The position numbers and the translations under genes are program-made. DNA of 64,000 nucleotides, from assembly GCA_964016885.1 (NCBI GenBank), contig OZ024746.1, positions 98,394,001-98,458,000 on the forward strand. The letters are read 5' to 3'. The notes beneath the pieces were generated by a model. The model did not search any database. It was not told the DNA's origin and was given only the letters and a program-made list of their open reading frames with translations. Origin of the DNA: Eledone cirrhosa. Taxonomy: Eukaryota. This document shows, piece after piece, positions 39,395 to 53,165 of this stretch (its first letter is position 1; each line of letters begins with the position of its first letter).

Positions 39395-41540
39395 GTTCGG
39401 AGGCCTCTTGGCGGACATCTACTGCAACTGGCAACAGAACGGGAGAATTCCCAGCTCTGTGAGCCGAGGAGCGGTGGCGCTGCTGAAAAAGGATCCGAAC
39501 AAGGGGGATAACATAGATAATTTCAGGCCCATAACTCTTCTAAACACAGAGTTCAAGACTTTGGCCAAGGTGTTAGCAAAGAGGCTGGCGCTTGTCGTAG
39601 GTGGTCTGGTAGGAGAGGCGCAGACATGCGCCATTCCCGACAGATCCATCCACGACAACCTCCACCTCATGCTATACATCGTGAAGCGGGTAGCTAGGGA
39701 ACCTGGCACGGGTGGGTCCTTGATCAATTTAGATCAGTCGAAAGCTTTCGATAGGGTCGACCATCGTTATCTGGCGGCAGTCCTGAGGGCAGCTGGCGTT
39801 GGGCCCGTCTTCAGAGGCTGGATCGCTGCCATCCACAGTGACATCTGCCCTGTGGTGAGAGTGAACGGTCACCTTTCGGAACCGTTCAACATCATGCACT
39901 CGGTCCACCAAGGATGTCCCCTCTCGGCCCTCTTGTACGTATTGACTCTCGAGCCATTACTGCACAAACTGGAGACGTTGAGGGGGGGGGGGGTCCCGCG
40001 CGAACTAGGATGCGGAAGATCCGTGTCAGCATATGCAGACGATGTCACCGTAGTGGTGTCGAACGCCAAATACATCGAGGCTATCGGCACTACACTAAGA
40101 GAATACGAAGCGGTGACAGGAGCAATGATCAACCAGGAAAAGTCGATGGGCCTGCAGCTCGGCACCTGGGGAGGCAGGTCCATGCCGTCCAACGGCGTCG
40201 TCGGGCGCTGGACGGACGGACCAGTTAAATTGTTAGGAGTCTGGTTTGGTCTGGACCTCCAGACGAACAAAAACTGGGACGAGGTGGCGTGCAGGGTGGC
40301 TTCTCTCATCCAGAAATGGGCGGAGAGAAAGCTATCCCTGAAAGGTCGAGCGGAGGTGGCTAAGGCGTACACCGCGTCCGTCATCTACTACCGCCTGACC
40401 GTCGTGCCTTGTCCTAAGCCCCGTTTGACTGCGCTGAAGCGTTTGCTCTTTCGCTTTTTGTGGAAGCGACGCGCTCCGATGGTCAGGCGGTCCATCTGCT
40501 GTCAACACCCGCTACGTGGAGGGCTGGGCATCCGTGGCTAATGATGCGCAGACACGCGCTCAGGCTACGACATCTCCACCTCTTCCTCGACGGTGATCAG
40601 GTGTGGTCGCCGTTTGCTAGACGCGTCTTTCCCCAGCTCATCTCCTTGACGGAGCTGCAGTCCTGGGTCAAGCGAAGACCTAGAGGGAACGCTTGGAGAC
40701 TGGAATGTCTTCAGGCGCTCACAGCCCTCGGCCAATCGGACAATGTGATCGGTGGAAACTCCACCTTGGCTTTCTATAGAGGATTAGTGGAGAGGAAGAG
40801 CGACGACGTACTTGGGGAAACTCGAGGCGTCGACGAAAATCAACTAGCCAATCTCTCTGGAAGAACTTTCGGGCCGGGGCCTATGGACAACTTCCAGAAA
40901 TCCCTGGCCTGGCAGTGCTACTGAGGAGCTTTGCCAGTTCGGGATAAACTCTACAGGCATGGAATTGCCGTCAGCCGGGCATGTCCGAGATGCGCGCAGG
41001 GCGACGAAACCGTCCTGCATGCACTCGTCCAGTGTCCGAGCATTGCTGACTTATGGGTTTATGTCGAACACCTGCTGTCGCGTGCAGAACGGATCCGACT
41101 ATCAGCTGAGTCCATCGTGAGGATTGCCCCGCCCTCTTCCTTTAGCCGGGAAGGGCAGGCAGTTTTTATCTGTCTAGTGGCCATGGCGAAAGAGATAGTA
41201 TGGTGGACACGTCTGAAAGGGCTGAAGACGAGCACTTACCTCTTCGATGATGCCCTGATTAACTTTTTCCAATTTCATTTGAAAAGGAAAATCAGGATAG
41301 AGAGGAAAGTGCTCTCTTCCCAGCATTTTGTTGAAAGATGGGTGAGAGAGGCAAGAATGGCCCGAGTGAGTGGGGCTACTCTGAGTATGTGTCTGTAAAT
41401 TGAAGGTAGAAAACTGGGAGAGGGCACTTGCCTTGGTGGTCAGGGTCACTGTGGCTTTTTAATGGGCTTTCTCCACGATGGCCCTCGGAAGTCTCCCCCC
41501 TATTGGGGAATTTTTCATTGTTCTATTATTACATCCTCTG
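39395..41540 (+). mobile_element. Tx1/L1-clade LINE, 5'-truncated (RT + C-terminal Cys-rich domain)
   Basis: NFRPITLLN, LDQSKAFDRVDH, QGCPLS, AYADD, LSLKGR, GGLG, CPRC..ETVLHALVQC; one frameshift near 40535 and a stop at 40922. Confidence 0.9.
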
Positions 41541-41596
41541 TTTTTTTTTGGGGGGGGGGTTTTAAACGCAGAAATGCCCATTTGTACCGTCCTGTA

Positions 41597-41630
41597 TTGT
41601 TGTTGTTGTTGTTGTTGCTGTTGCTGTTGC

Positions 41631-41665
<35 letters not shown>

Positions 41666-41716
41666 TTGTTGCAGTTGTTGTTGTTGCTGTTGTTGTTGCT
41701 GTTGTTGTTGTTGCAG

Positions 41717-41747
<31 letters not shown>

Positions 41748-41838
41748 TGTTGTTGTTGATGTTGTTGTTGTTGTTGCTGTTGTTGATGTTGATGTTGTTG
41801 TTGTTGCTGTTGCTGTTGCTGTTGTTGTTGTTGTTGTT
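41597..41838. repeat. (TTG/CTG)n trinucleotide microsatellite
   Basis: Direct reading. Confidence 0.95.
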
Positions 41839-41978
41839 TTATTTCAGCAGCTAGATTCTGAAAGTGTATTGATAATTGTGTGAAGCAACATTGATAATAT
41901 ATACATATATACATATGTATACATATATACATATGTATACATATATATATACACAAACACACATTCATATATACACAT

Positions 41979-42015
<37 letters not shown>

Positions 42016-42126
42016 TGTATACATATGAATATATACAAAATACATACACCCACACATACACACACATACATACATATATACATATATATATATAGATAGA
42101 TACACACAGTCACATACATATATATA

Positions 42127-42180
<54 letters not shown>

Positions 42181-42346
42181 TACACACTCACATATATATG
42201 TATATATATATATGTATATAAATATGCATATATATATATATATACATATATATTTATATATATTATATATATGTATATATACATATATATATATATACAT
42301 ATATACACACACACTCACATATATATATACATATATATACACACAC

Positions 42347-42381
<35 letters not shown>

Positions 42382-42436
42382 TACACACACTCACGCATAT
42401 ATATATATATATAAATATATACACACTCACACACAC

Positions 42437-42467
<31 letters not shown>

Positions 42468-42879
42468 CATTATCGTTGACTTCACCCAATATACTGCATC
42501 AATAAATAATCAAGGGAAATGTCAACAGAATGTCATGATAAACCTTATAGCCAATCGCTGCTTTACACGTAGTGAATCTTTAATGAAGCTACGTCAATTG
42601 ATAAATATCAAATGTCGTTAAACGCCAAGCCATGCGGCGGGACGTGCAAACGATTCGAATGTCATCCAATAGTAGGGCCCTTTAGAGAGTTTCAAGTAGC
42701 AAACTACTTAACGTTTATGTTAGAAGAGTTGTTGGTAACCAAGAATATTAATCTGAATAGCTATACCGTTGGGAAATTTTGGAAACAATCGATGTTGAAG
42801 CGTGTTATTTCGATAAATTCATATCTGAAAGGAAATGTGTAACATATTTAGGTTAGGAGAGATATATTTAGATTATGAT

Positions 42880-43187
42880 GGCTTCTGAGTTAGGCATAAG
42901 GCCAACAATTTTGGAAGGATACGAGAAAGTCGATTAAATCGACCCCAGAGCATTATTGGTACTATATTTTATTGACCCCGTAAAAATGAAAGACAAAGTT
43001 AACCTCGGTGGTATTTGAACTCAGAACGAGAAAGGCTGTAATTCTATGCCACAGAGCGTAGTGTCCGATGCTCTACACCAACAACAATGGTTTCTAATTG
43101 AGGCACAAGGCCAGCAATTTTGGTGTCAGAGAAAAGTCGATTAAATCGACCAAAATGTAGGACTGATACTTTATTTTATCGGCCCCG
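42880..43187 (-). mobile_element. Two tandem main-family SINEs
   Basis: Cores at about 42960 and 43165. Confidence 0.8.
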
Positions 43188-43616
43188 CGTTTTGTCCGTA
43201 ATAAACGTTATTGTATAGTTACTGTGCAATAATCTTTGTTTGTATTTCGATTCAGCTGAAAACAGCAAAGAAACATTTCGACATAAAATTATATGAATTC
43301 ATCTCACAAAATGTATCGTTGACATAGTTATATATAACTCTACAATGCTTCTCTATACTGCTCTGGGTTGTCACCTGTGAATTTAAAAATAAAAGTACGC
43401 TAGTTATTTGCCAGTTGCAAAAGTTCTTAGTCTTTGTTAATTATCTTCACTGCAAAATTCTTTTCTTCCTTCGCGTGTATTAATTTCATTTATGGAAGAA
43501 GACAATATATTACGTTATAATATCAAATACTACGTATAACTGAAGATTTCCTGTTTATGTTCCACTAGTAATCTGCACTTAACTAACTGTCATTCGTTTG
43601 TGTTCTTCTCCGCCAG

Positions 43617-43668
43617 GTTTCCACATTGGAAGAACTCCTGCAGATTACCATTTGAAACATACTACTGA
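43617..43668 (+). other. Candidate terminal exon of an unidentified host gene
   Basis: Branch point ACTAAC 43582-43587, pyrimidine tract, CAG acceptor 43614-43616; one frame reads FPHWKNSCRLPFETYY*; AATAAA about 43786. Confidence 0.35.
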
Positions 43669-44605
43669 ATGATGATCATACATTATACAAATGATAACAG
43701 ATCAATTATTAAGTGATAAAATAATTTATATTCATCGCACAAGAATAGATTTCAAATATCGGTAAAATTTACGTTAACCTCTGGAAATAAAAATCGACAT
43801 TTAAATATAGAATCGGAGAAAAAATTCATCTGAGAATTATTTTGTTGCAACCATTTGCTAAATCATTACAAAGTAATATTTTCGAAATGAAAGCCAAATG
43901 AGAAAAAATAATATTTATTAAATACTTCCAGCTGAAGCATTATATCAAGTATTATTCATATTGAAGTGGGGAAAAAAGTAGATAAAATATTCTATTAGTT
44001 ACAATACAATTAGTTAAATCCATGAAAATGAATTATTCTTCTACTGTATTCAGTAATGAAAACAATAGGCCGCATACTTATCATCTTGATTGTTTAAAGG
44101 TTTGCTTTTTACCTGCAGCTCTTAACAGTTTTCTATCACGATCAATACATTTGTTGTTGTTGTTGTTGTTGTCGTTGTTGTTGTTGCTGTTGTTTCTTCT
44201 TCTTCTTCTTCTTCTTCTAGATTCTTTGTAATATTTCAAATGCAATTATATTCGAATTTCTAACGTAGAAAAATTGAACAGTCATATATTTCAATGCTAA
44301 TTTTTTATCTTAGTTTTCTCTGATGCTTTCTGTATTTTTATAAGTAGACTAAGCCTGAAAAAAGTCATCTCTATTCTACACTGTTTCGAGGTCTGCTACG
44401 GTAGATGTGATAAACTATTCACTTGATATAGTATCAGCCTTCTACATAATTATATTAAGGGAATATCTTTGGAGTAACGTTACGCGATAAAGTGCGAAGC
44501 TCGGAGATCAGAACATTCCAGGTAGAGCCGCTACTTCTCCGAATTGAGAAGAAGAAGAAGAAGAAGAAGAAGAAGAAGAAGAAGAAGAAGAAGAAGAAGA
44601 AGAAG

Positions 44606-44636
<31 letters not shown>

Positions 44637-45341
44637 GCTTCACCTCAATTTACTTCAGAACATCTAATATACTAAAGCTGTTAAATGTGGCCTCTGTTTC
44701 ATTTATCTTTGGTGTATATAAAGATATAATTCATTGTAATTCATCTGCAAGTAACCACACTAATTCAAGCATTAGAAAACTTTAGCAGTGAAATCTAATA
44801 ATATTCAGAATATAATGGTATATTCTGGCTATTTAATAATGGTTTCTAGGGTATTTTTAAAACCTGGCGGAGTTCAACACCTCTTCAAGTCTGAACACAG
44901 TAGATTTATTCCAGAGAAGGATAAATAAAGTGAGAGAAATGAAGTGAGAAAGGGTTACTCTGCCGATTCGCCGCCATTCAGAATATAACACTTTATTTAA
45001 TAAACTCTCTTGAGTTATATTCCATTTAGTACTATTTTCTTATTCTAGTTTCCTGTCATTACTTCAGTCAGACGTAACTCATAATGCTGAACAGATTATA
45101 ATTATCTGAAAATTAAAGATAAAGTGAAACAGACTTAAAGATAAAGTGAAATAGACTTCTAGAAACATCGACCAGAGAACTTCCGTCGGTTTTGACAATG
45201 GGTATTTCAGTTGGTTGATCAATGAAATAGCCTGTTGATGAAATTATTTTTTACTTGTTTAAACCATTTGACTGTGGCAATGCTGGGGCACCGCCTTCAT
45301 TTCATCGATTATATCGATCACAATGACTTAGTATGGTATTT

Positions 45342-45520
45342 ACTTTGTTAATCTTGTTAGAAATTGATGTGTTAAATTCTGATCTGCAGTTGATGTGTGG
45401 TGTGAGTTTGTTAATGATAATCGTTTCCTTAATTCTAAGATTTCCTAATCTTCGAGCACTAGCTTCAATCGTAACTGTTATGATTTTGTTGTTGTTTCTG
45501 CATTTGTCTATGTGTTGTTC
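45342..45520 (-). pseudogene. PLE GIY-YIG C-terminal fragment
   Basis: HIDKCRNNNKIITVTIEASARRLGNLRIKETIIINKLTPHINCRSEFN aligns with HLVKCKNTDKNITVRIETKERNLGNLRIKEALIIDRTHPPINNRLELN of the 54.5-kb ORF. Confidence 0.8.
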
Positions 45521-45747
45521 AATGAAATAACCTATTCATGAAATTAACTGGCAACTGACATAGCATTCCACAGACACATATACCCTTAACGTAATTCTTA
45601 GTGAGATTCAGCAAGATACAGTGTGTCACAAAGTTGGTCCTTTGAATTACAAGTACTTGAATTACAGATATATATATTTGACTTCTCGCACACGAGGTGA
45701 AATATTCGTTCGTGTAGCTTTTAGTTTTAGCTGTTTGTCACATTTAA

Positions 45748-45843
45748 TTTTATCTCTCGCTGATGATGCCTACGGATTATCTGTTACAAACACAAGTTCC
45801 AGGGTGAAACAGATTAAATCTCTAATCTGTCCGGGAGATGAAA
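45748..45843 (+). ncRNA. Type I hammerhead with stable stems I and III, canonical core
   Basis: Stem I 12 bp TTTTATCTCTCG/CGGGAGATGAAA; CTGATGA 45760; GAAA 45806; stem III ACAGATTA/TAATCTGT; GUC 45829-45831. Confidence 0.85.
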
Positions 45844-46099
45844 TAGTTATTGAAACGGTCTGTACACTTTACTCTTTATTCTGTATTTTCCGTTTGCTTC
45901 AGGTTAAATTTGTCAAACCAACGTGGTACTTCAACCCTCGTAATTTTAGACACACAATTTACTGTGTTTATTACAACATATATTTAATGCTCAGTATTTA
46001 TACTTAGAGCTTGTTAATTACAGGGTATCAATATGAGTTATTAACTCTGCCTTTTATTTGTATATATATATATGTGTGTGTGTGTGTATATACTTGTCC

Positions 46100-46189
46100 A
46101 CGTGCCTGAATGAGGGGGCCAGTTTAAAACTGCCTCCTCCATTATACAGTGGTGGCCATGACTGGACCCTGAAACCATTGGTAACACGT
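46100..46189 (+). ncRNA. Type I hammerhead with core insertion (CUGAAUGA)
   Basis: ACGTG/CACGT stem I; CTGAATGA 46106; stem II GGGG-CCAGTT/GACTGG-CCCT; GAAAC-CATTG-GTA 46171-46183. Confidence 0.6.
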
Positions 46190-46216
46190 ACATGTTAACT
46201 GTATGAAACCTTGATT

Positions 46217-46271
<55 letters not shown>

Positions 46272-46274
<3 letters not shown>

Positions 46275-47675
46275 AACAAGTAAGACCCCGACGGCTGAGC
46301 TCAAGCCGTTTCGACGGCTAATTCTGTACTGAATGAAAAATTAATTCTGGTATTTAAATAGCCGAACTTATCAAGGGGTAATTCCATATATGGTCAAAGA
46401 GATAATCACCAGGATTGGTCACATCACAAGTTAGTAGTAAATCTGTGATGGCAAGTTGGTGGGGGAAGGGGTAGCTAAACCTGCCAGTAGGAGAAAAGGG
46501 GAGAGGGGTGGAGTAGACCCATTCATGCGTTGGTAGTGCCAGCTACAGCTGGGTGTGAGGTCAAAGAGGATACTGGGGAGGGGGAGGGGGAGGAGGTCGA
46601 AACGGTAAGTAGAACAATGAAAGGTAAAACTGTAAAAGGTACTGAGAGAGAAAAAAATATAAGCAAAATCTGGTTACTAAGACTTAAGTCTCTCGCTATT
46701 GCTAGACTGAAGAAATACATAAATAAATAAATAAACAAATAAGTGAATAAAAGAATAGATAAATAAATTTAAAAAAATATATATACATATATATATATAT
46801 AATGTAGAATAAAAAAATAAATGATAATAATAGAAAAAAACTAGGTGGGACGGAAATAAAGGGACCCTTATACGAGGTATAAGTGCGTGTATCGTACGGT
46901 GACGGGTCAACAAAAGGGGGGCCAGAATACTAAAGAGACTACCACGAAAATAATAAAGGTTTCTACCCCAAACACAGGGCCTGCAACCACCCAGTGCAAG
47001 AAAGTAAACTAGTACGAGAATATAATTCAGGGTCCTGCAAAAAAATACTGGTGCTAACTCTAAGGGTACCGCCACGAAACAAAAGGTCTTATACAAGCTA
47101 CATGAAAGATCGTACGAAGTAAAAGTAAAGAACGGAAAATTAATACAGGAACACCCCACCCCACCCCACCCCCCACTCCCCCAAAAAAGGGAAAAAGAAA
47201 AAAGAGATACTGGATAAACGAGAAATTAAAGCAAAGATGCCACTAAGAAATATAGAAGGCACGGAAAAAGGGGACAGCGGTCGGAGAAGGGGGCGAGTAT
47301 CCGAAGTCTAACACCTTTGCTATAAAAAGCGGAGTCAGCCACATCTATCATAGAATAGGGGGGGGGGGGTGCTGAAGCTACAAGGGACCGATGGGCTACC
47401 TTGGGTGGGCGAGAAAGAGACAACGACAAAGAAAGGGAACTGGGGTAGAAGGACTAGGGAGGGATGGGGAAGGAGGAAATATAGAGGAAGCGATAAAAGA
47501 ATGTAAAAGAAGATCTTACGTCTCCATAGGCAAGCAGGGGTTACCCATTACAAAATAGGCAAGTGGGGTGTTATAGCCCTAGATTACCCCCCCCCCCCCG
47601 GGTCATTATGGGGTTTGAGGGCGAGGTAAGTCCTACGTAATCGGTGTTTACATGCAGTAACCAGTTCATGAACAA
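46272..47675 (-). mobile_element. PLE 3' end (ORF C-terminus, long 3' UTR, pLTR hammerhead)
   Basis: ELVTACKHRLRRTYL resembles the PLE terminal ELxSxCRH motif; ends in an HHR abutting (TA)n. Confidence 0.65.
46285..46379 (-). ncRNA. Type I hammerhead, U3-A8 core variant
   Basis: Minus strand ACCCC-TTGATAA-GTTCGGCTA..TAGCCGTC-GAAAC-GGC-ttgagctca-GCC-GTC-GGGGT. Confidence 0.8.
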
Positions 47676-47699
47676 CATGTGCTACAGGTCGCCATGCTA

Positions 47700-50600
47700 C
47701 TAGAGTTCGTAGTAGCCAGGTCGAACAGCGCCTTGAAACAACTATGCCTGTAAGAAACTTAACACCACCTGTACCATCTAAGTCTACCTCGAATGCTGGG
47801 GAAAACACTATCGATAATAATAATAATCGAAGAAATAATAATAATAATAATCGAAGAAATTTGACACCACGTGTACCATCCGAGTCTGCCTCGACTGTTG
47901 TGGAAAATACTATCGATAATGATAATAATCAAAAGTATAAACAATTGAAAATTTCCCTCAACGAAATCTTCCAAAGAGAAATTAGTTCATGTATAAATAT
48001 CTCTCTTGCTGAACGTCTTAAACCGACAATGTTTAATAAAAAACCAAATAATGAAATATTACGTGTTATTGACGAAATAGGGGATGAATATTTACGACGG
48101 ATAAAAACCCCAACATTTTGGCAAATCAACGCCTGTTTATATACCTTAGCAACGACAGTGAAGCATTATCTTGGTGATAGCAGAGATATTAACAAAAACA
48201 GAACACCACCAAAAATACCATCATATATAACTAAAATAGAAAAAAGATTGCTGTCCTACGAAAACCCATAGAATATGTGACAATGCTCCTTACATGCAAA
48301 CAAACACAAAAAAAACCTCACTCCTCACCAACAAAGAGTGAAAAATAAAATAGAGACGATGTTTGGTAACAGTAGAATCTTCAATATAAGCTGATCACCC
48401 TCAAACAAGAATTGAGAGCTGTCAGCGAAAAACTACCTGAAGAAGGTAGATGAAAGAAAAGTGCTTAATAAAAGATTCAGACGAAACCAAACATCAGTCT
48501 ATAGAGATATGAAGAACAAAATAATAAGTGTCACTGAGGCCCCATTCCAGAAAGACTTAGATTCCTTTTGGAGAAAAATATGGGGTGAAAAGAAGAATTT
48601 CAACCAAGATGCAGTGTGGCTAAAAGAAATCCAAAAGAACTATTGCTCCTACACTACAACAAATACATACTAAATAAGTGAGGGTACCCTTGACACTGTG
48701 ATAGGAAAACTCCAAGATAAAATAACACCAGGAAGATTGTCGGCTACTGGTACAAAAACTGATATTCTATCGGAGGTAACTTACCGCCCTCTACTAACAA
48801 GTTCTTAAGGGAGATACACTTATACCAGAATGGTTGACATTAGCACAAACATTACTGGTCCCCAAGAACAAAGACACCCACTTGGCAAAAAACTACCGAC
48901 CCATTGCATGCCAGAACCTGGTGTATAAGATGTATACAGCCGGCCTAAACCTATTCCTCCAAAATCACTGTGAAAATAATAACATCATCACAGATGAACA
49001 AGCAGCTGGAAAGAAAGGGGTTTGGGGATGTGCAGAACAACTTCTAATCAACAAAACTGCGATGTCGGAGGTGCGACAACTTAGGAGCAATATGACTACA
49101 GTCTGGCTGGACTACAGGAAAGCTTTCGATTCTGTTCCCCACTCTTGGATGATAGAGGCCCTCCGACTTGCTAAAGTCCCAGACATTATTATCAGAGCCA
49201 TAGATAAGCTGTCTTCTTCTTGGGCTACTTTCCTAAGGTTAAAGACAGAGAAGGAGGACTCTATTTTCACTGATAAAATAAAATATTGAAGGGGTATATT
49301 TCAGGGGGACAGTCTCTCTGTAATAGTATTCATCCTGTCATTAAACCCCTTGTCCTTTCTGCTCAAGAAATGTGAGGGATACATCAGTGGCTCACAGGAG
49401 GATGGAAATAAGAACCTAACCCATAATTTCTTTGTGGATGATCTGAAACTCTATGCCAAGAACATGGATGGGATGAAGAAAAATCTTGACCTTGTTACAA
49501 CATTCTCAAAGGATATAGGAATGGAGTTTGGCCAAGATAAATGCTCATACATGACTGTAAAGCGGGGAAAAACAACAACCCAATCTAGCAACATTGTCAT
49601 CAATGGCCTAACTGTTTCACCGATATCTGATGAGGACAGCTACAGATACCTGGAGATAGATGAGAACATATCCTATAATGGTATCTGTAATAAGGAACGC
49701 GTAATCAGGGAATACTACACCCGATTAAGAAAGATCTGGTCATCGGAACTCTCTGCGCAAAACAAAACAGTGGCTCACAATGTGTTTGCTGTGCCTGTCC
49801 TAACACCAACGTTTGGAATACTCAATTGGACGATAGACGAAATCCGGGCAATTGATGTTGGAACTCGAACAATACTAAACAACACCGGAAACTTCCACAT
49901 CAATAGTGACATAGACCGCCTTTACTTGAAACGTAAGCAGGGAGGCAGAGGCCTAACATCAGTCCAGACAACATTTGAATGTCGCATCATATCCCTCCGA
50001 CAACATCTGCGAACCTCGAAGCGTAGGAGCCCGTCTCTCGAGCAAGTCTATCTGCATGAAACAGATAAGGTCATGAGAGTTGGGAAGGAACTCCTCGAAA
50101 GATATTCCCTGTGTGATAATCAAAAACTCACACCCAGGGAAGTCGCCCAGCAGTACCGCAGTGAATCCATGGATAAAAAACTGCATGCCTATCAGCAAAA
50201 AATCCTCCATGGATATGTTGCCAGGAAGCTCCAGAGTGAGAGTAATATAGATAAAGAAAGTAGTCTATCTTGGACCAACAACCGCTATATTGGCTCCCAC
50301 TTTGAAGGATACGCTTTTGCAATCCAGGAACAGGAGATTAGCACGAAATACCTGATTCACAAAAGAGATAGGGATGCAGGTAAAACACCTACATGTGATA
50401 ACAAGTGCAGACTCTGCAGAATTAACATCGAAGATGTCACTCATGTCATCAGCAGCTGTTCAAAGATGTCATCGCGGTACTATCTACCTATGAGGCATGA
50501 TGTAGTGGCCAAAACACTGTACAATGCTATCCGTAAAAAAGATAGCCCCGATAATAAACACATTAAAAGCTAAAGCAATGTGGAAGACATCCATGTACAT

Positions 50601-51224
50601 AATATGAAAGAGTACTGGTGGAATGTTCCAGTAAAAACCCCAATAAAATGCAGGTATAACAGACCAGATATTATGATATGGGACAGGGAGAAGAAAGCAT
50701 GCACAGTAGTGGAAATTAGCTGTTCAGCAGATGCCAATATAATATCAAAGATTAGTGAAAAGGAGAATATTTATGCAGAACTGATGAGAAATCTGCAGAT
50801 ACTCCACCCTGATTACACCTTCAGATTTATGCCTGTGATTATTGGGGCACTGGGATATGTTAGTAACTGCCTCAATACAAATCTTGAGAAGCTAGACTTC
50901 ACAGGAACAGAAAGAACACAACTAGTTAGGAAACTACAAGTACAATCCATTAATGGAATAGTAAAAATATGTAAAACATTCCAAAAATAATCTAATAACT
51001 GCATATGCACATGTACAGATACAAAGCATATACACATGCACACATACAACTCAAAACATACACACCCACACATACAATAACATCCATATCTACACATGCA
51101 TGCATACATACATATCTACCTAGTTGATGTTGTGTAAATTCCAATGAGAGAGTCTTGTGTCTATGTTAGAAACCGACTCTCTCTCTATTGGTATAAAATT
51201 GTGAAATTATAAAACCAGAAGAAC
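47700..51224 (+). mobile_element. Near full-length R4/Dong-type LINE (RT, CCHC knuckle, RLE), inactivated
   Basis: RT motifs; CRLC..DVTHVISSC; RHDVVA; RPDIMIWDREKK..VEISC; several stops and frameshifts; 102-bp duplication at 47753/47855; ends in (CATA)n 51224-51324. Confidence 0.92.
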
Positions 51225-51295
51225 ATACATACATACATACATACATACATACATACTTACACATACATACATACATACATACATACATACATACA

Positions 51296-51327
<32 letters not shown>

Positions 51328-52139
51328 ATATGATTTCGTAATTTTACCTGATATGCCTATTAGAAAGGAAAGATTGAAGTCGAGACACTCTGGTAAATGA
51401 AGGCAATTCAACATTGGGTGTTTTAGTTTGCTTGTTCTATAATCATTACCTGTTTTGGTGGGGATGTCAAATGAGAGACATTGGGAGGAGGAGGGTGTGA
51501 TGATGAGGAGGGGAGGATGAGGGTGTAGGAGTAGGAGGGGAGGAGGAGGAGGAGAAGAAGACCCAGCTAAGATGTAATAGTGGTGAAGTCATTAGAAAGT
51601 CACCTTATCTGTCAGCCAGATATAACAAGGAGAAATATAATTTAGGGAAGAGAAAAATATCTTCTGTTGACTGCAATAGAAACCCTCCTTCAAATCATCA
51701 CATTAGATTTGCTTGAAAAACTAGATTAAAAAACAGGATTAAAGGATTTTTAAGGAGAAACGTCATGCTATAAATTCTCGAGACGTTCTTGTGAGTTTTG
51801 TACAATTAATATTCAGCTGAATGTAAACTCTCCTCTTTGAGAAAAGTGACGTATTTGAAATTGATTGCAGTTAGTGGTGGGTTCTGATGGTTTCCTAGTA
51901 ACGAAAAACTGAATATTATCATTAATTGTTGTGCGAAAGAGGATTGATGATGGGTTTTCAAGAAAGGGTTGTTTAGTGTGGGGGGGGGGGGGGATATTAC
52001 AATTAACTATGCTATTAAATACAACTTACCTGTTTGGTTAAAGCGTGTAGAAATGTATTTTGAAAACGATTATATCTGTACTTTTATTTCTGGTCTCGTA
52101 GTAACGAAAGATTAAAAGATGGCATTAAATGATGATGAT

Positions 52140-52326
52140 TGTGGATTGGCAGTATCGGTAGAGGGTCGGACGCCATGCTTTGACGCATGGAGTTACAGCC
52201 CTTTCCATTCTGAGTTCAAATCCCGCCGAGGTTAACTTTCCCTTTCATCCATACGGGGTCGATAAAATAAAGTACCAGTAATACACTGGGTAATTGCTGG
52301 CCTTGTGTCAAAAGTAGAAACAATTA
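52140..52326 (+). mobile_element. Main-family SINE with target-site duplication
   Basis: ATTAAATGATGATGATT at about 52124-52140 and 52323-52339 flanks the copy. Confidence 0.9.
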
Positions 52327-52344
52327 AATGATGATGATTCAGTG

Positions 52345-52675
52345 TAGCCAGAGTAGACTCTTACAACATCCCTACGGTCTGAGAACACAGGTCCAGCAAT
52401 CAGAGTCAACCAACAACACCTGGAAGAAGTCGATCACTTCAACATTCTGGGCAGCATCCTGGATGACAATGGCGATGTAGAGCTCGACATCAACTGTCCG
52501 ATCGGCAAAGGAGCCGCAGTTTTTCAGCGGTTTTTCCAGCAGTTTTCAAGTCTGGTCGTCTTCATGCAGGACCAAGCTGTGCCTATACAGGAGCATCGTG
52601 CTGCCGACTGCGCTTTACGCGAGCAAAACCTGGAAGAGCACGGCAAAGATAGAGAGACGGCTGAACACATTCCTC
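52345..52675 (+). pseudogene. RTE-clade RT C-terminal fragment
   Basis: LEEVDHFNILGSILDDNG..DINCPIGK..TKLCLYRSIVLPTALYASKTW. Confidence 0.75.
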
Positions 52676-53103
52676 ATCGATAATTTGTTCATTTTCATTT
52701 AATTGTTTATTGGTCTTATCTTATAAAGAACATGTAACAAAAAAAATGTAACGGTTAAAATTTTTAAAAAAATTCTATATCTGGAGATGTTAGCAACTTT
52801 ATGGACATGAACAACAACTAGTGTGAAGGAGAGAAACAGAGTTGAACTAATATAAACTTCTTTTTTTATTCCTTGGCCAACAACCTGTCTCGTGTATGTG
52901 TGTCTATACACCCATGTGCTTGCTCTGTCTGTGTATTTATATATATGCGTATATATATATATATGGGCCAAGCGTGTGTAGGAATGTGAATTTATCCTGT
53001 TTTTTTCCTCTCTTTTTGTCTTATATATATTTATTATTATTTTGTTTTGTTTTTAAGTTCATTTTCGTTTTATTTCCAGGCTGAACAAGGAATGGTGTCT
53101 TGT

Positions 53104-53165
<62 letters not shown>

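Noticed and set aside
51330-52120. Possible degenerate retroelement coding sequence on the minus strand (also 2270-2800 on plus)
   Set aside because: Too decayed; no motif I can assign with confidence
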